A stretch of DNA of 64,000 nt, taken from the sequence record NC_019405.1. One strand, 5' to 3'. Below the pieces are notes generated by a model that was given only the letters and a program-made list of their open reading frames with translations, was not told where the DNA came from and made no database searches. Below are positions 8,553-17,917 of this stretch, one piece after another. Numbering within the stretch: the stretch's first letter is position 1; every line of letters starts with the position of its first letter. A program made the translations under genes and the position numbers.

Positions 8553-8582
8553 AGACCGGGACGACAACGAAAGGAGCCTGCC

Positions 8583-8891
8583 ATGCGCTATGTGCTCGAC
8601 TATGCCGACGACCGGGACAAGCCGGTCTACACCAATTTCCAGGCCGGCGACCGCAAGGCGGCCATCGCCAAGGCCAAGCGCCTGCTCGCCAAGGCGATCA
8701 AGACCGTCGATTTCTCGCTCCACAGGGCCTACATCTTCGTCGATCCGACGGGCGTCGCCCGCGACGTCGACGACATGATCCCGTTCGGCATGCTGAGCAC
8801 GATGGCCTACGCCAGCATCGTCACCCCGTCGATGATCTCGTTCGACGACCGCGACGCCAAGGCCGCGATCGCCGCGAGGCTCGCCCAATGA
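8583..8891 (+). CDS. hypothetical protein, 102 aa
   Basis: SD plus ORF after promoter. Confidence 0.75.
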   Translation: MRYVLDYADDRDKPVYTNFQAGDRKAAIAKAKRLLAKAIKTVDFSLHRAYIFVDPTGVARDVDDMIPFGMLSTMAYASIVTPSMISFDDRDAKAAIAARLAQ

Positions 8892-9100
8892 TGGATCGTC
8901 AGGACATCCAGCCCGGCTTCATCTATCGCGGCGGCAAGAACGGAACCCTGCGTCAGATCGTGAGCTATGGGGCGACCGAGGATTTCGTCTGCTGGGCCAA
9001 TCCCCACGACCGCCTGCCCTACGGCGGCTTCATCTCCACCATCTGCACGTCCAGGACGTCGTTCGCCCGCTGGGCCGACAAGATCGAGGAAGAGGTCTGA
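8888..9100 (+). CDS. hypothetical protein, 70 aa
   Basis: coupled ORF. Confidence 0.7.
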   Translation: MMDRQDIQPGFIYRGGKNGTLRQIVSYGATEDFVCWANPHDRLPYGGFISTICTSRTSFARWADKIEEEV

Positions 9101-9381
9101 TGCTGTACAGCATGATCACGGGCGACTCTCCCGAAGACGAATTCGCCGACTATGAGTTCGCCAACGGGACCCAGGTCCACAATTCTCAAGCCGAGGACGA
9201 TGGAACCTTCCGTCGCATGATCACCACGCCCAAGGGGATCAACGTCACCTTCTGGAACGTGATGCCCGTCGAGATCGTGGGCGAGGTCGCGGCCGAACTC
9301 GATCGGGTCGCGGCGGTCAACTTCGAGCAGGGCAAGCGTGCGAAGGCAGGTGAAATCATTCGCGTGTTGGGGCTCGGATGA
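9100..9381 (+). CDS. hypothetical protein, 93 aa
   Basis: TGATG coupling, GAGG SD. Confidence 0.7.
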   Translation: MLYSMITGDSPEDEFADYEFANGTQVHNSQAEDDGTFRRMITTPKGINVTFWNVMPVEIVGEVAAELDRVAAVNFEQGKRAKAGEIIRVLGLG

Positions 9382-9650
9382 ACACCTTCTTCCTTCGGCA
9401 GACCAAACGGGACGAGCAGGGTCGACGCTACTTTGAGTTCGTCGATCCTGACCTGACCCAGCGCCTCTATGTCCGCAAGCCGCCGGACGACTGGTCCGAG
9501 GGCTTCCCGATCGTCCTGGAGGACTTCGTCGATGGCAAGCCCGCCGGCTCCATCATCTGCCCGGCCGGGAAGAAGCGGGGGCATGGCTTCGCGGCCTTCT
9601 TCAAGGCCAACCCTAAGGATTTCCGCAAGCTCAAGAAAGGTCGCCTATGA
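9378..9650 (+). CDS. hypothetical protein, 90 aa
   Basis: ATGA coupling. Confidence 0.7.
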   Translation: MNTFFLRQTKRDEQGRRYFEFVDPDLTQRLYVRKPPDDWSEGFPIVLEDFVDGKPAGSIICPAGKKRGHGFAAFFKANPKDFRKLKKGRL

Positions 9651-9904
9651 GGATTCCCCAGCCCGTCGAGTTCACCGTGGCCGACCTCATCGCCCACCTT
9701 GCGACCCTGCCCCAGGACGCCAAGGTCGGCGTGCGCGGCGGGTTCGGGGGCTTCCGGCCGCTCGACGAGATCGCCCCGATCGAACTCGTCACCTTCTACG
9801 GCGAGACCGACGTCGACCGCATGACGCTGGCGACCGCCGACCCCATCGCCATCAACTGGAAGGGCAAGCGCGGCGAGCCCTTCACGGCCATCATTCTCGA
9901 CTAG
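9647..9904 (+). CDS. hypothetical protein, 85 aa
   Basis: ATGA coupling. Confidence 0.7.
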   Translation: MRIPQPVEFTVADLIAHLATLPQDAKVGVRGGFGGFRPLDEIAPIELVTFYGETDVDRMTLATADPIAINWKGKRGEPFTAIILD

Positions 9905-9912
9905 GAGGACCC

Positions 9913-10152
9913 ATGACCAACCGTGTCTGGATTGAACTCGAACCGTCCGCGTCCGAGGGCCACGCCCGCGCCGCCGCCGCGTCGGCCATGCTGAAGCGCC
10001 TGGGTGTCGACGTCGGCGTCCACAAGCCGGTGTTCTGGCACGAGCGCAATGAGCGCTACTGCTTCACGCTCGACGCCTCGGGCGTCTACGTCGAGGCCGA
10101 GGACCACGGCCACTGGTACAACCTCGATTTCCTGGCGGGCGCCGATGTCTGA
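9913..10152 (+). CDS. hypothetical protein, 79 aa
   Basis: AGGAGG SD; start moved to ATG 9913. Confidence 0.7.
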   Translation: MTNRVWIELEPSASEGHARAAAASAMLKRLGVDVGVHKPVFWHERNERYCFTLDASGVYVEAEDHGHWYNLDFLAGADV

Positions 10153-10540
10153 GGTCTTCCCGCCGATCCGCCCCCGCGAGGCCAGGGACGAGGAAATCCA
10201 CGGCTTCGTCGTCCGCTACGGCTGGTTCTGGAACGTGACCCTGCTGAACGGCACGATCCTGGCCTTCGATCCCGACGATGTCGACCCCTGCCGCTACGGC
10301 GTGACGGGCAAGGACGACTTCCGCAACCTCGCCGGCGCGCCCGAGACGATCGCGGCCTACGAGTGCGTCCAGGGCTGGCACGCCAAGGCCAAGCACCTCT
10401 CGGGCTGGACCGAACGTCACGACGACCGGCTCGAAGCCCTGCGGACGGCTTATCGCCGCCTGGAGGAGCAGCGCGAGCGCAATAGCCGCGCCCTGGAGGA
10501 GCACGGCGGCATCTTCAAGTTTCTGGAAGGTCAGGACTGA
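10145..10540 (+). CDS. hypothetical protein, 131 aa
   Basis: start moved to ATG 10145. Confidence 0.65.
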   Translation: MSEVFPPIRPREARDEEIHGFVVRYGWFWNVTLLNGTILAFDPDDVDPCRYGVTGKDDFRNLAGAPETIAAYECVQGWHAKAKHLSGWTERHDDRLEALRTAYRRLEEQRERNSRALEEHGGIFKFLEGQD

Positions 10541-10782
10541 TGCAGAGGACCCTCCATTCGACTGGCCAGGAACTCTCGGTCAAGTTCAAGTTCCCCAGTG
10601 AAAACCTGACCTTGACCGTGCATGCCGAACAGGACAGCCCGATGGCGTTCCTCTGGGTCGAAGGCCGCTCGGTCGACTATTTCGAGAAGCTCCTGAGCTT
10701 CGAGCCGGCCGATCTCGATCTCTTGATCGCCACCCTGTCCGAGGCGCGCAAGATGATCCGCGAGCGCGAGCCGCAGGTCTGA
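10540..10782 (+). CDS. hypothetical protein, 80 aa
   Basis: TGATG coupling. Confidence 0.7.
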   Translation: MQRTLHSTGQELSVKFKFPSENLTLTVHAEQDSPMAFLWVEGRSVDYFEKLLSFEPADLDLLIATLSEARKMIREREPQV

Positions 10783-10783
10783 C

Positions 10784-11038
10784 ATGCTGACCAAGGACGA
10801 GATCACCTTCGCGGGCCTGATCAAGGCCATGGAGGACGCCCGCCGCACCGCCAAGGCGGCGGGCGATCTCGTCAGCACGGCCGAGATCGACCGCTGGTTC
10901 AAGGAACACGCGCCGATCATCCGGGAGGTCCGCGACAAGGCCGAGGCCGACGAATTCGACGCTGGCGTGAGAGTGTTGACAGCCTCTGAGGAAGGGGCTA
11001 AAGACACCCTCGACGACAGCGAAAGGAGCCTGCCTTGA
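10784..11038 (+). CDS. hypothetical protein, 84 aa
   Basis: ORF whose 3' end runs through the promoter cassette at 10976. Confidence 0.65.
   Translation: MLTKDEITFAGLIKAMEDARRTAKAAGDLVSTAEIDRWFKEHAPIIREVRDKAEADEFDAGVRVLTASEEGAKDTLDDSERSLP
10976..11004 (+). promoter_or_regulatory. sigma70-type promoter cassette
   Basis: GTGTTGACA-17-TAAAGA, ACGACAG at 11013-11019, AAAGGAG SD. Confidence 0.7.
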
Positions 11039-12054
11039 CCGACTTCCCGATCATCCGCGCCGCCATCTCGCCCCGCCGGGCCGCCCAATTCGACGCCGCC
11101 CTGGCGAACGTGAAGGCCTTCACCGAGGAAGGCGTCCTGATCAAGGCCGAGTGGAACGACATCAAGGACACGTTCAGCCGCGCGATCGCCGAGACCTGGG
11201 ACGCGTTCAAGGACAAGGAATACTATCCCCGCGCCCGCCAGGGCGAGCACGAGAACGTCGGCAAGCTCTACTGGGAGCTTCTGAGCCCCTACCCCCATGT
11301 CCTGGCCGGCTATCTGAAGAAGGTCCAGAACGCCAAGAACATCGAGCCGGCGATCCTGCGCGATTTCCCGATCGCCTTCTTCACCGAGGCTCTGCCGCTC
11401 AACGACATGCTGGTCGCCCTGAAGCCGCTGATCGGCAAGCGCGCGCCGAAGAAGACCAAGGTCCAGATCGAGCGCGAGGGCAAGGAGCGGACCTGTCAGG
11501 TCTGCGGTCGCGGCATCCTGGCCGAGAACGGCCGGATCGCCCACCACGGCTATCAGCGCCCCGGCATGGGCTATCAGACCCCCTCGTGCAGCGGCGCCCT
11601 GGAACTGCCCTTCGAGATCAGCCGCGACGCCCTGGGCGCCGACATCGAGAACTTGAAGGCCTACCGCGCCCGTCGCCAGACCTATCGCTCCGACGTCAAC
11701 CTGGAACTGGTCAGCCTGCCGGTCAAGTATCAGGTCTCCGAGCAGGACCCGCGCCGCGCGCCGGGTTTCAAGCACGTGGTCGACAAGATGATCCACGTCA
11801 CCCGCGCCGACTGGGACGCCCAGAAAGCTGAAACCCCCGAGGCCTTCGCCGGCAAGTACGGGCCGCGCAAGCCCAACTACACCTACGAGCCCTTCACCTT
11901 CGACGCCCTGAAGACCCAGGTCCTGGGCATGGTCGACGGCGAGATCGAGTTCATCACCGGCACGATCCGGGCGCAGCAGAAGCGCTATGACGACTGGAAG
12001 CAGACGATGGAGTTCGTCGACGGCCAGTATCGGATGCTGGAGGTCGCGGCTTGA
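11035..12054 (+). CDS. hypothetical protein with probable zinc-binding motif, 339 aa
   Basis: TTG start with SD; CQVCGR...HHGY...SC. Confidence 0.75.
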   Translation: MTDFPIIRAAISPRRAAQFDAALANVKAFTEEGVLIKAEWNDIKDTFSRAIAETWDAFKDKEYYPRARQGEHENVGKLYWELLSPYPHVLAGYLKKVQNAKNIEPAILRDFPIAFFTEALPLNDMLVALKPLIGKRAPKKTKVQIEREGKERTCQVCGRGILAENGRIAHHGYQRPGMGYQTPSCSGALELPFEISRDALGADIENLKAYRARRQTYRSDVNLELVSLPVKYQVSEQDPRRAPGFKHVVDKMIHVTRADWDAQKAETPEAFAGKYGPRKPNYTYEPFTFDALKTQVLGMVDGEIEFITGTIRAQQKRYDDWKQTMEFVDGQYRMLEVAA

Positions 12055-12239
12055 CTATCACCGCCCACGCAGAATCCGTCCTGGCGCTCCAGGCGCAGGC
12101 CGCCGACACCCTCAATCGGGTGATCGGAGAGCGCAACGCCGCCACGGGCGCGAAGAAAACGCGCCTGCGCCGCCTGACCCTGATCCTTGAAGACGTGATG
12201 GGTGCCTGCAACGACGCCGTGGAGGAGATGCGCCGGTGA
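12051..12239 (+). CDS. hypothetical protein, 62 aa
   Basis: TTGA coupling. Confidence 0.6.
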   Translation: MTITAHAESVLALQAQAADTLNRVIGERNAATGAKKTRLRRLTLILEDVMGACNDAVEEMRR

Positions 12240-12631
12240 TCTTCAGTTCCAAAACCCAGCCCCACTGCCGCTGCTGCGCCAAGCCGATCAAGAAGCACAC
12301 CCGCCGCCACTATTTCGGCTCCAGGGAAGCCAAGGACAACGGCTGGTCGCTCGACCGGATCGAGACCCCGATGTCGGAGGACGAACTGCGCCGGCTGGTG
12401 AACGGTCATATCGTCTCGTTCGCCTGGAGCCACGACGTCACCTACGACGCCAACTACAAGGCCGTGCGGAAGAAGACCCACATCGCCTGGGCCAACGTCT
12501 GGGACGGCGAGACCTACGAGGACGGTTATTTCTGCACCCTGCGGTGCGCCGCCGCGTTCGGGAGCATGGTCGCCGAGCACTATCCCGATATCCACACCCA
12601 GGCCTACGCCGACTTCAAGGACAAGCGATGA
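12236..12631 (+). CDS. hypothetical protein with CxxC motifs, 131 aa
   Basis: CRCC and FCTLRCA at the two ends. Confidence 0.7.
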   Translation: MIFSSKTQPHCRCCAKPIKKHTRRHYFGSREAKDNGWSLDRIETPMSEDELRRLVNGHIVSFAWSHDVTYDANYKAVRKKTHIAWANVWDGETYEDGYFCTLRCAAAFGSMVAEHYPDIHTQAYADFKDKR

Positions 12632-13350
12632 ACGACGAGATCAAGAGAACCCACGAGGCCTACGGGATCATCGGCTATAGCCACACCCAGGGCGACACCG
12701 ATCTGGTCGGCGTCGACTACGCCCAGGGCCACTATGTGACCCTGACGATCAAGACGGCCGTCGCCTATGAGGGCGAGACCCATGACCGCTTCCACGGCGA
12801 CAAGTACATCTGCAAGGTGGCGATGAGCGAGGTCCAGTGGGCCGCCTTCATCGCCAATCCGAACCGGGGCGACGGCGTGCCTTGCACCTTGCAGTTCTAT
12901 CGCGATCCGCTGACCGGCGAGACCAAGCACCCAAAGTATCATCGCGAGCAAATGACCCGCGTCGAGCGCACCCGCGAGGCCGTCACCGCCCGCGCCAAGG
13001 CCCTGTCGACCAAGGTCAAGGAGGCCCAGGCCGAGCTTCAGAGGTTGATGGACGGCGGCCCGATCAAGAAGGGCGATCTGAAGACGCTCAAGGACCTGCT
13101 CTACTTCGCCAACCAGGACATGGAGTCGAACCTCGGCTACTTCGTCGAGCGGGTGGAGGAGACCATCGACAAGGCGGTGGTCGACGCCAAGGCCCAGGTC
13201 GACGCCCACGTCGACTTCGTGGTTCGCGAACTGGGGGTGCGGGCTCTGGGCGCGCGGCTCCAGGAGGCCATCGACGCGGGGCATGATCCTGGCGCCGTGG
13301 GGCAGGCCCTGATCGGGCTCGTGGCACCGCCGGAGGCAGACCCGACGTGA
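12628..13350 (+). CDS. hypothetical phage protein, 240 aa
   Basis: start moved to ATG 12628 (ATGA coupling); THEAYGII...NRGDGVPCTL, coiled-coil C-terminus. Confidence 0.75.
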   Translation: MNDEIKRTHEAYGIIGYSHTQGDTDLVGVDYAQGHYVTLTIKTAVAYEGETHDRFHGDKYICKVAMSEVQWAAFIANPNRGDGVPCTLQFYRDPLTGETKHPKYHREQMTRVERTREAVTARAKALSTKVKEAQAELQRLMDGGPIKKGDLKTLKDLLYFANQDMESNLGYFVERVEETIDKAVVDAKAQVDAHVDFVVRELGVRALGARLQEAIDAGHDPGAVGQALIGLVAPPEADPT

Positions 13351-13592
13351 GCCGCCGGTTCCTCAACCGCTGGGCCGAGGCGGTCGACGGCTCGCCCCAG
13401 TCCAAGCCCTTCCGGACCAAGGGCCTGTCGTTCGCCCATGCCCGCAGGACGGCGCGGGAGACCCAAGGGGTCGTCGCCGTCGAACACCAAGAACCCGTCA
13501 GCGACGCCTCGCCCAACTGGGCGGTGATCGAGCGCTGGGAATTCTATCCCGACGGCCGTGAGCGCCGCACCCTCAAGCTGGAGACCGTCTGA
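13347..13592 (+). CDS. hypothetical protein, 81 aa
   Basis: GTGA coupling. Confidence 0.6.
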   Translation: MSRRFLNRWAEAVDGSPQSKPFRTKGLSFAHARRTARETQGVVAVEHQEPVSDASPNWAVIERWEFYPDGRERRTLKLETV

Positions 13593-13593
13593 C

Positions 13594-14088
13594 ATGACCC
13601 GCAGCACCGCCGACATCATCGCCCGCATCAAGGCCCTGGAGGAAGACCCCAGCGACTTCTTCGGCTTCCAGACCAATGATCTGGTCTGCTACCTCCCGTT
13701 CGAGGCCGCCAAGCCCTGGCTGAATGAAAACGCCACGCCCGAGGTCTGGACGCCCAACGTCAACACCCCCGAGGCGATCAAGCAGGTCATCCTCGACTAC
13801 ATGGAGTTCGCCTGGGACAAGGCCAACAACCGGCGCGGCCTGTCCGCCGGCCGCTCGCTCGATCACATGAAGGCGTGGCTCTGGATGCTGGAGGAGGACG
13901 CGGCCTGGGTCGCGGCCCTGAAGCTCTCCGACTATACCCACTACGGCAAGCCGCAGCTTCGCGCGATCTGCAAGCGCTTCGGCTGGGACTGGACGCAGTG
14001 GGACGACGGGCGGTGGTCCAGCCGCGAGTTCGGCGATGATCACGCGCCCGAGGACGTCGAGGAAGTCGGGATCATCGAGCCCGCCTGA
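13594..14088 (+). CDS. hypothetical phage protein, 164 aa
   Basis: start moved to ATG 13594; FAWDKANNRRGLSAGRS motif. Confidence 0.75.
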   Translation: MTRSTADIIARIKALEEDPSDFFGFQTNDLVCYLPFEAAKPWLNENATPEVWTPNVNTPEAIKQVILDYMEFAWDKANNRRGLSAGRSLDHMKAWLWMLEEDAAWVAALKLSDYTHYGKPQLRAICKRFGWDWTQWDDGRWSSREFGDDHAPEDVEEVGIIEPA

Positions 14089-14109
14089 GTCTTTCCTGGC
14101 GCGAAAGTG

Positions 14110-14138
14110 TTGACAGCCTGAAGGGACTCCTCTACACC
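14110..14138 (+). promoter_or_regulatory. sigma70-type promoter cassette
   Basis: GTGTTGACA-17-TACACC, CTCG-ACGACAA-CGAG, GAGAGGAG SD. Confidence 0.7.
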
Positions 14139-14167
14139 CACGCTCGACGACAACGAGAGGAGTTCCC

Positions 14168-15928
14168 ATGGCCGAGACCATGTCCCTGAGTTTCCGGATC
14201 GAAGGCGCCGCTCTGGTGGAGCGGGCGCGCGATCGCGTCATCGAAGGTAACTGGGAGCACGGCCTGCGCATCCTGGTCGAGGGCCTGCACGGCATGTCCT
14301 ACGAACTCGCGATCGACATCCTGCTTGGCAAGCACACCCTGGGCGGCTGGTCCTCGGACCCCGAGGGCGTCTATCTCACCGACCAGGACCCGGAGGACGA
14401 GACTTTCAAGCGCTACAAGGAAACCCTCGACTACCAGTTTGCCGGCGTCTTCAAGCTGGACGACGGCCGGATCATGCGCCCCTACGCGGTGGTCGACAGC
14501 TTCTCCAAGATCGACTTCGACTCTAGGGTCCGCTTCCTGCGGCTGGCCCAGGGCTCGGACCCGGTGTTCTCGCGCCCCAAGCGCTATCACGACCCCCGCG
14601 CCGAGATCAACGGCGAGGAGATCGACTGGGCCTATCGCGCCCTGCACTATGCCGACGAGCCGACCCAGGACATCGTCCGGCTGGTCCGCATGGAGGGCTT
14701 CCATCCCTCGATCCGGGCGGCGGTCCTATTCAAGGAAGTCCGCGACTATCCCAAGCTCCTGCTCCCGAAGGTCGAGACCGACGCCCAGAAGGCCGTCGAC
14801 GTGGCGATCAAGGCCCAACGCGGCCTCTCCAAGCGTGGGCACGTCTACGAGTACGGCGCCGGTCAGGACTTCGACAAGGAGCACTACAAGACCACCATGG
14901 GGATCGATCAGGTCCCCACCGCGTGGTCCGTGCGCAATCCGAAGTACGTCGATCCCGACGCCAAGTTCGTGAAGGACACCCTGGCCGAGATCGACGGCGA
15001 CAAGCGCCCGGCGCCGGCCGGTGATTACGCCGGCGCCATGAACCGGATGATCAAGGATGAGATGGACGGCGGCATGGACATCAGCGCGGCCGTCGCCATG
15101 ACCCAGGCCAAGATGGCGCTGCTGGGCGGCATGGCCGAGGACCCCGAGCAGCGCCTGCGGGCGATCAACGACGCCTACGCCGCCAAGTACGAGAAGGCCG
15201 AGGGCCGCAGCGTCGAGGAGTACCGCAAGGCCATCATCGCCCAGGCCGGCGATGATTTCTTTGATCTCGCGTACACGGATGTGAACGGCAAGGACGTCGT
15301 CCTGAAGGTCCCGACCGCGCCGTTCGAGCAGTGGGCGCTCTGGCGCACGGCCGGCTCCCACCTCGCCAAGCCCTGGAAGCGGGTGACCTACACCGGCTTC
15401 AAGACGTTCGGCGATGACCCCTATCACACCGACTGGGTGCTGGGCGCCGGGCTCAATCCCGAGGATTGGCCGATCATCGAGGCCGACAACCCGCCGCTCC
15501 ACAAGGCCGCCTGGGACAAGCGCTTCCGGCTGGCCGAGGAGAAGCTGGGCGGCAACATGCGCGTCCTGCTCGGCAAGGGCTTCGTGACCGGCAAGATCGT
15601 GATGCTCAAGCCGGGCGAGGCCCTGTCACCGGGCGAGATCGGTGTGATCCGCAACGCCGGCCCCGACTACGTTCAGGCCGCCCAGAGCGCGATCGAGCAC
15701 AACACCGCCTTGATCTGCGAGAACGGCGGCAGCGTCGCCCACCTCGTGGTCGAGTACCTGGACAAGCCCCTGCGCCTGACCCGGATCGAGAACGCGCGCA
15801 AGATTTTCAAGGACGGCATGACCGTCTACCTCGACTTTGACAAGTCGACGCGAGAGATCGCCAAGGGCGGCCTGGGGCCGAGCCCTGCCGATCTTGGCCT
15901 CGACACGGAATGGGAGATTTTCGAATGA
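14168..15928 (+). CDS. 586-aa protein with C-terminal PEP-utilising enzyme mobile (phospho-His swivel) domain
   Basis: GEIGVI...ALICENGGSVAHLVVE....L....ARKIFKDGMTVYLD aligns with the T..GG.TSHAAI.AR motif of EI/PPDK/PEPS. Confidence 0.7.
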   Translation: MAETMSLSFRIEGAALVERARDRVIEGNWEHGLRILVEGLHGMSYELAIDILLGKHTLGGWSSDPEGVYLTDQDPEDETFKRYKETLDYQFAGVFKLDDGRIMRPYAVVDSFSKIDFDSRVRFLRLAQGSDPVFSRPKRYHDPRAEINGEEIDWAYRALHYADEPTQDIVRLVRMEGFHPSIRAAVLFKEVRDYPKLLLPKVETDAQKAVDVAIKAQRGLSKRGHVYEYGAGQDFDKEHYKTTMGIDQVPTAWSVRNPKYVDPDAKFVKDTLAEIDGDKRPAPAGDYAGAMNRMIKDEMDGGMDISAAVAMTQAKMALLGGMAEDPEQRLRAINDAYAAKYEKAEGRSVEEYRKAIIAQAGDDFFDLAYTDVNGKDVVLKVPTAPFEQWALWRTAGSHLAKPWKRVTYTGFKTFGDDPYHTDWVLGAGLNPEDWPIIEADNPPLHKAAWDKRFRLAEEKLGGNMRVLLGKGFVTGKIVMLKPGEALSPGEIGVIRNAGPDYVQAAQSAIEHNTALICENGGSVAHLVVEYLDKPLRLTRIENARKIFKDGMTVYLDFDKSTREIAKGGLGPSPADLGLDTEWEIFE

Positions 15929-16221
15929 GCGAGAAGTGGCAACCGGTGGAGGAAGCCGCCAATAACCTCTCCGGCTGGAACGTGCGCTCGGCCCAGATGG
16001 CGGTCGCCGGCGGGACCCTCTATCGGACGATCGTCTCGCGCGACAGCCAGGGCGCCGCGCCGGCGGTGAGCACCACCTTCGTCCCGGACGCCGCGCCGCA
16101 GTTCACCGTCCAGGTGACCGACGAGGACCTCCGGAGCCTTGCCGAGTGCAAGGACGTCGCCAGGGCGCGCAGCCTGTTCCGGGGCATCCTGAAGGCCCAC
16201 GGCCTGGAGATCATCGCCTAG
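15925..16221 (+). CDS. hypothetical protein, 98 aa
   Basis: ATGA coupling; similar to 8268-8447. Confidence 0.7.
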   Translation: MSEKWQPVEEAANNLSGWNVRSAQMAVAGGTLYRTIVSRDSQGAAPAVSTTFVPDAAPQFTVQVTDEDLRSLAECKDVARARSLFRGILKAHGLEIIA

Positions 16222-16416
16222 ATGCCGCTGTTCGAGCTTTCCGTCACCGCGATCCATCGCGACACCGTCACGGTGGAGGCCGACAGCGAGGCGCAGGCAC
16301 GCGCCCGCATCCTTGAGGGAGGCTATTCCGACGGGGGCGACGTCAAGTCGGTCGTCCACGACATCGAGCCCGAGATCGAGATCGTCGATGTCACCCTGAT
16401 CGAAGAGGAGGACTGA
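16222..16416 (+). CDS. hypothetical acidic protein, 64 aa
   Basis: ATG directly follows upstream TAG. Confidence 0.65.
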   Translation: MPLFELSVTAIHRDTVTVEADSEAQARARILEGGYSDGGDVKSVVHDIEPEIEIVDVTLIEEED

Positions 16417-16419
16417 CCT

Positions 16420-16578
16420 TTGGCAACAGACGACGCCCAGGCTAAGCGTGCCGCCGAGATTATGGATGCCCGCTACGGTGAGGCATGGCGACATCGGCCC
16501 ATGCTGAGAAGCCCCGAATGGGCGCAGGCTTGGGAAGAAGCCGGCCGTGCGCCTCCAGAAGACCTGAAGGAAGACTGA
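16420..16578 (+). CDS. small hypothetical protein, 52 aa (absent from ORF track)
   Basis: GAGGAGG SD, TTG start, fills the gap exactly. Confidence 0.5.
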   Translation: MATDDAQAKRAAEIMDARYGEAWRHRPMLRSPEWAQAWEEAGRAPPEDLKED

Positions 16579-16579
16579 C

Positions 16580-17086
16580 ATGGCCGACTTCAGCCGCGCC
16601 CGCCGGTCCATGGAGACCGCCGACCTGATCGAGCGCCTCAAGGCTCTCTATGACCTGGAGGACGCCCGCGACATCCCGGACGAGGAGACCAAGAGCGCCT
16701 TGAAAGAGGCGGTGGTCCAGTTGGGCATGCTGACCGAGCAGGTCGAACTCGGGGAGACCCTCCAGAAGTCCTACCAGAACCTGATCAACTACTACAAGAC
16801 CGACGCCCTGGCCTCGTCCCAGGAGCCGGACTTCAAGCGCGCGGCCCGCGAGCTTCACCTGATCGAGTCCTACCCGCCCAGGCTGCGCCTCGCGGTCGGC
16901 GGCTTCCGCAAGGCCATGGACGAGCAAGGCTTCCTGACCGGCGAGACCGGACGGGCGATCAGCCGGCTGATCAGCAAGCATCTCGACCACGATCTGGCGG
17001 GGCTGCTGGGGTCCGAGATCAATTATTACACGCGTAAGGCTATCGCCGCCTTGCGGGGGTTGGCCCCCGAGGAGCCCAAAGCATGA
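16580..17086 (+). CDS. hypothetical protein, 168 aa
   Basis: SD plus ORF. Confidence 0.7.
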   Translation: MADFSRARRSMETADLIERLKALYDLEDARDIPDEETKSALKEAVVQLGMLTEQVELGETLQKSYQNLINYYKTDALASSQEPDFKRAARELHLIESYPPRLRLAVGGFRKAMDEQGFLTGETGRAISRLISKHLDHDLAGLLGSEINYYTRKAIAALRGLAPEEPKA

Positions 17087-17655
17087 TCGATCCGAAAGCC
17101 AAACTCGCCGACCAAGTCGCCGGCCTCGGCCGTGATGGCGCCCGCCTCTGCGCCGAGGTGCAGGAGCGCTGCACCAGCAACATCGCCGACGCCGTGCTGG
17201 AATTCGTCGCCGACGCCGAGACGATCATCGAGCGCCAGCAAAAGCGCGTCGATGAACTCCAGGTCTCGACGGCGCGGCGGATGCACGTCGAGCGGGCCTA
17301 TCTGCGGGTGATCCAGGAGTTCATCGCCGCCAAGCGCCTGCCGAGCCTGACGGCGTTCCATGATGCGGTCGGCATGCTCCAGGCCCAGACCGAGCAGATG
17401 AACGGCGACATCGAGCGGCTCGCGACCTATCTGCGCGGACTGGACCGGCGCGCCATGGACCCTAAGCTGAAGGACCTCGTGGAGCACCTGGACTTCTACA
17501 TCTTCCACGAGTTGATGCGAAAGATACACTACATCGAGCATTTCGTCCTGCGAGACGCCCGCCTCGCCCTGGTCAGCCTGACCGAGGCCGACTTCGGGCG
17601 GATGGGGCTGGGCGAGCGGCCCGAGCCCCCGGTCAGCCAGGACATGCCGTCGTGA
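17083..17655 (+). CDS. hypothetical coiled-coil protein, 190 aa
   Basis: ATGA coupling. Confidence 0.7.
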   Translation: MIDPKAKLADQVAGLGRDGARLCAEVQERCTSNIADAVLEFVADAETIIERQQKRVDELQVSTARRMHVERAYLRVIQEFIAAKRLPSLTAFHDAVGMLQAQTEQMNGDIERLATYLRGLDRRAMDPKLKDLVEHLDFYIFHELMRKIHYIEHFVLRDARLALVSLTEADFGRMGLGERPEPPVSQDMPS

Positions 17656-17885
17656 TCGAGCATGTCTATCGTCGCGATCCGCGCGGGCGCGATTACGGGC
17701 TCCAATGCCTGGACCTCGACGAGGCGCTGAAGATCGTCGCGGCCGAGAAGCAGGACTTCCTTCTGCGCTTGGTCGCGGTCCTGCACGAGAACAACCTTCT
17801 GCGCGACGCCGACGTCATGGAACTGCTCGGCAGGGGCTGGGCGCTTGAACCCTATGATCTCCACTACAGCGACGCCGACGATTAG
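17652..17885 (+). CDS. hypothetical protein, 77 aa
   Basis: GTGA coupling. Confidence 0.65.
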   Translation: MIEHVYRRDPRGRDYGLQCLDLDEALKIVAAEKQDFLLRLVAVLHENNLLRDADVMELLGRGWALEPYDLHYSDADD

Positions 17886-17888
17886 GCG

Positions 17889-17917
17889 TTGACAACACTC
17901 TCGCGCCAACATAGAAC
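17889..17917 (+). promoter_or_regulatory. sigma70-type promoter cassette
   Basis: TTGACA-17-TAGAAC; first 28 bp identical to copies at 31771 and 34257. Confidence 0.8.
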
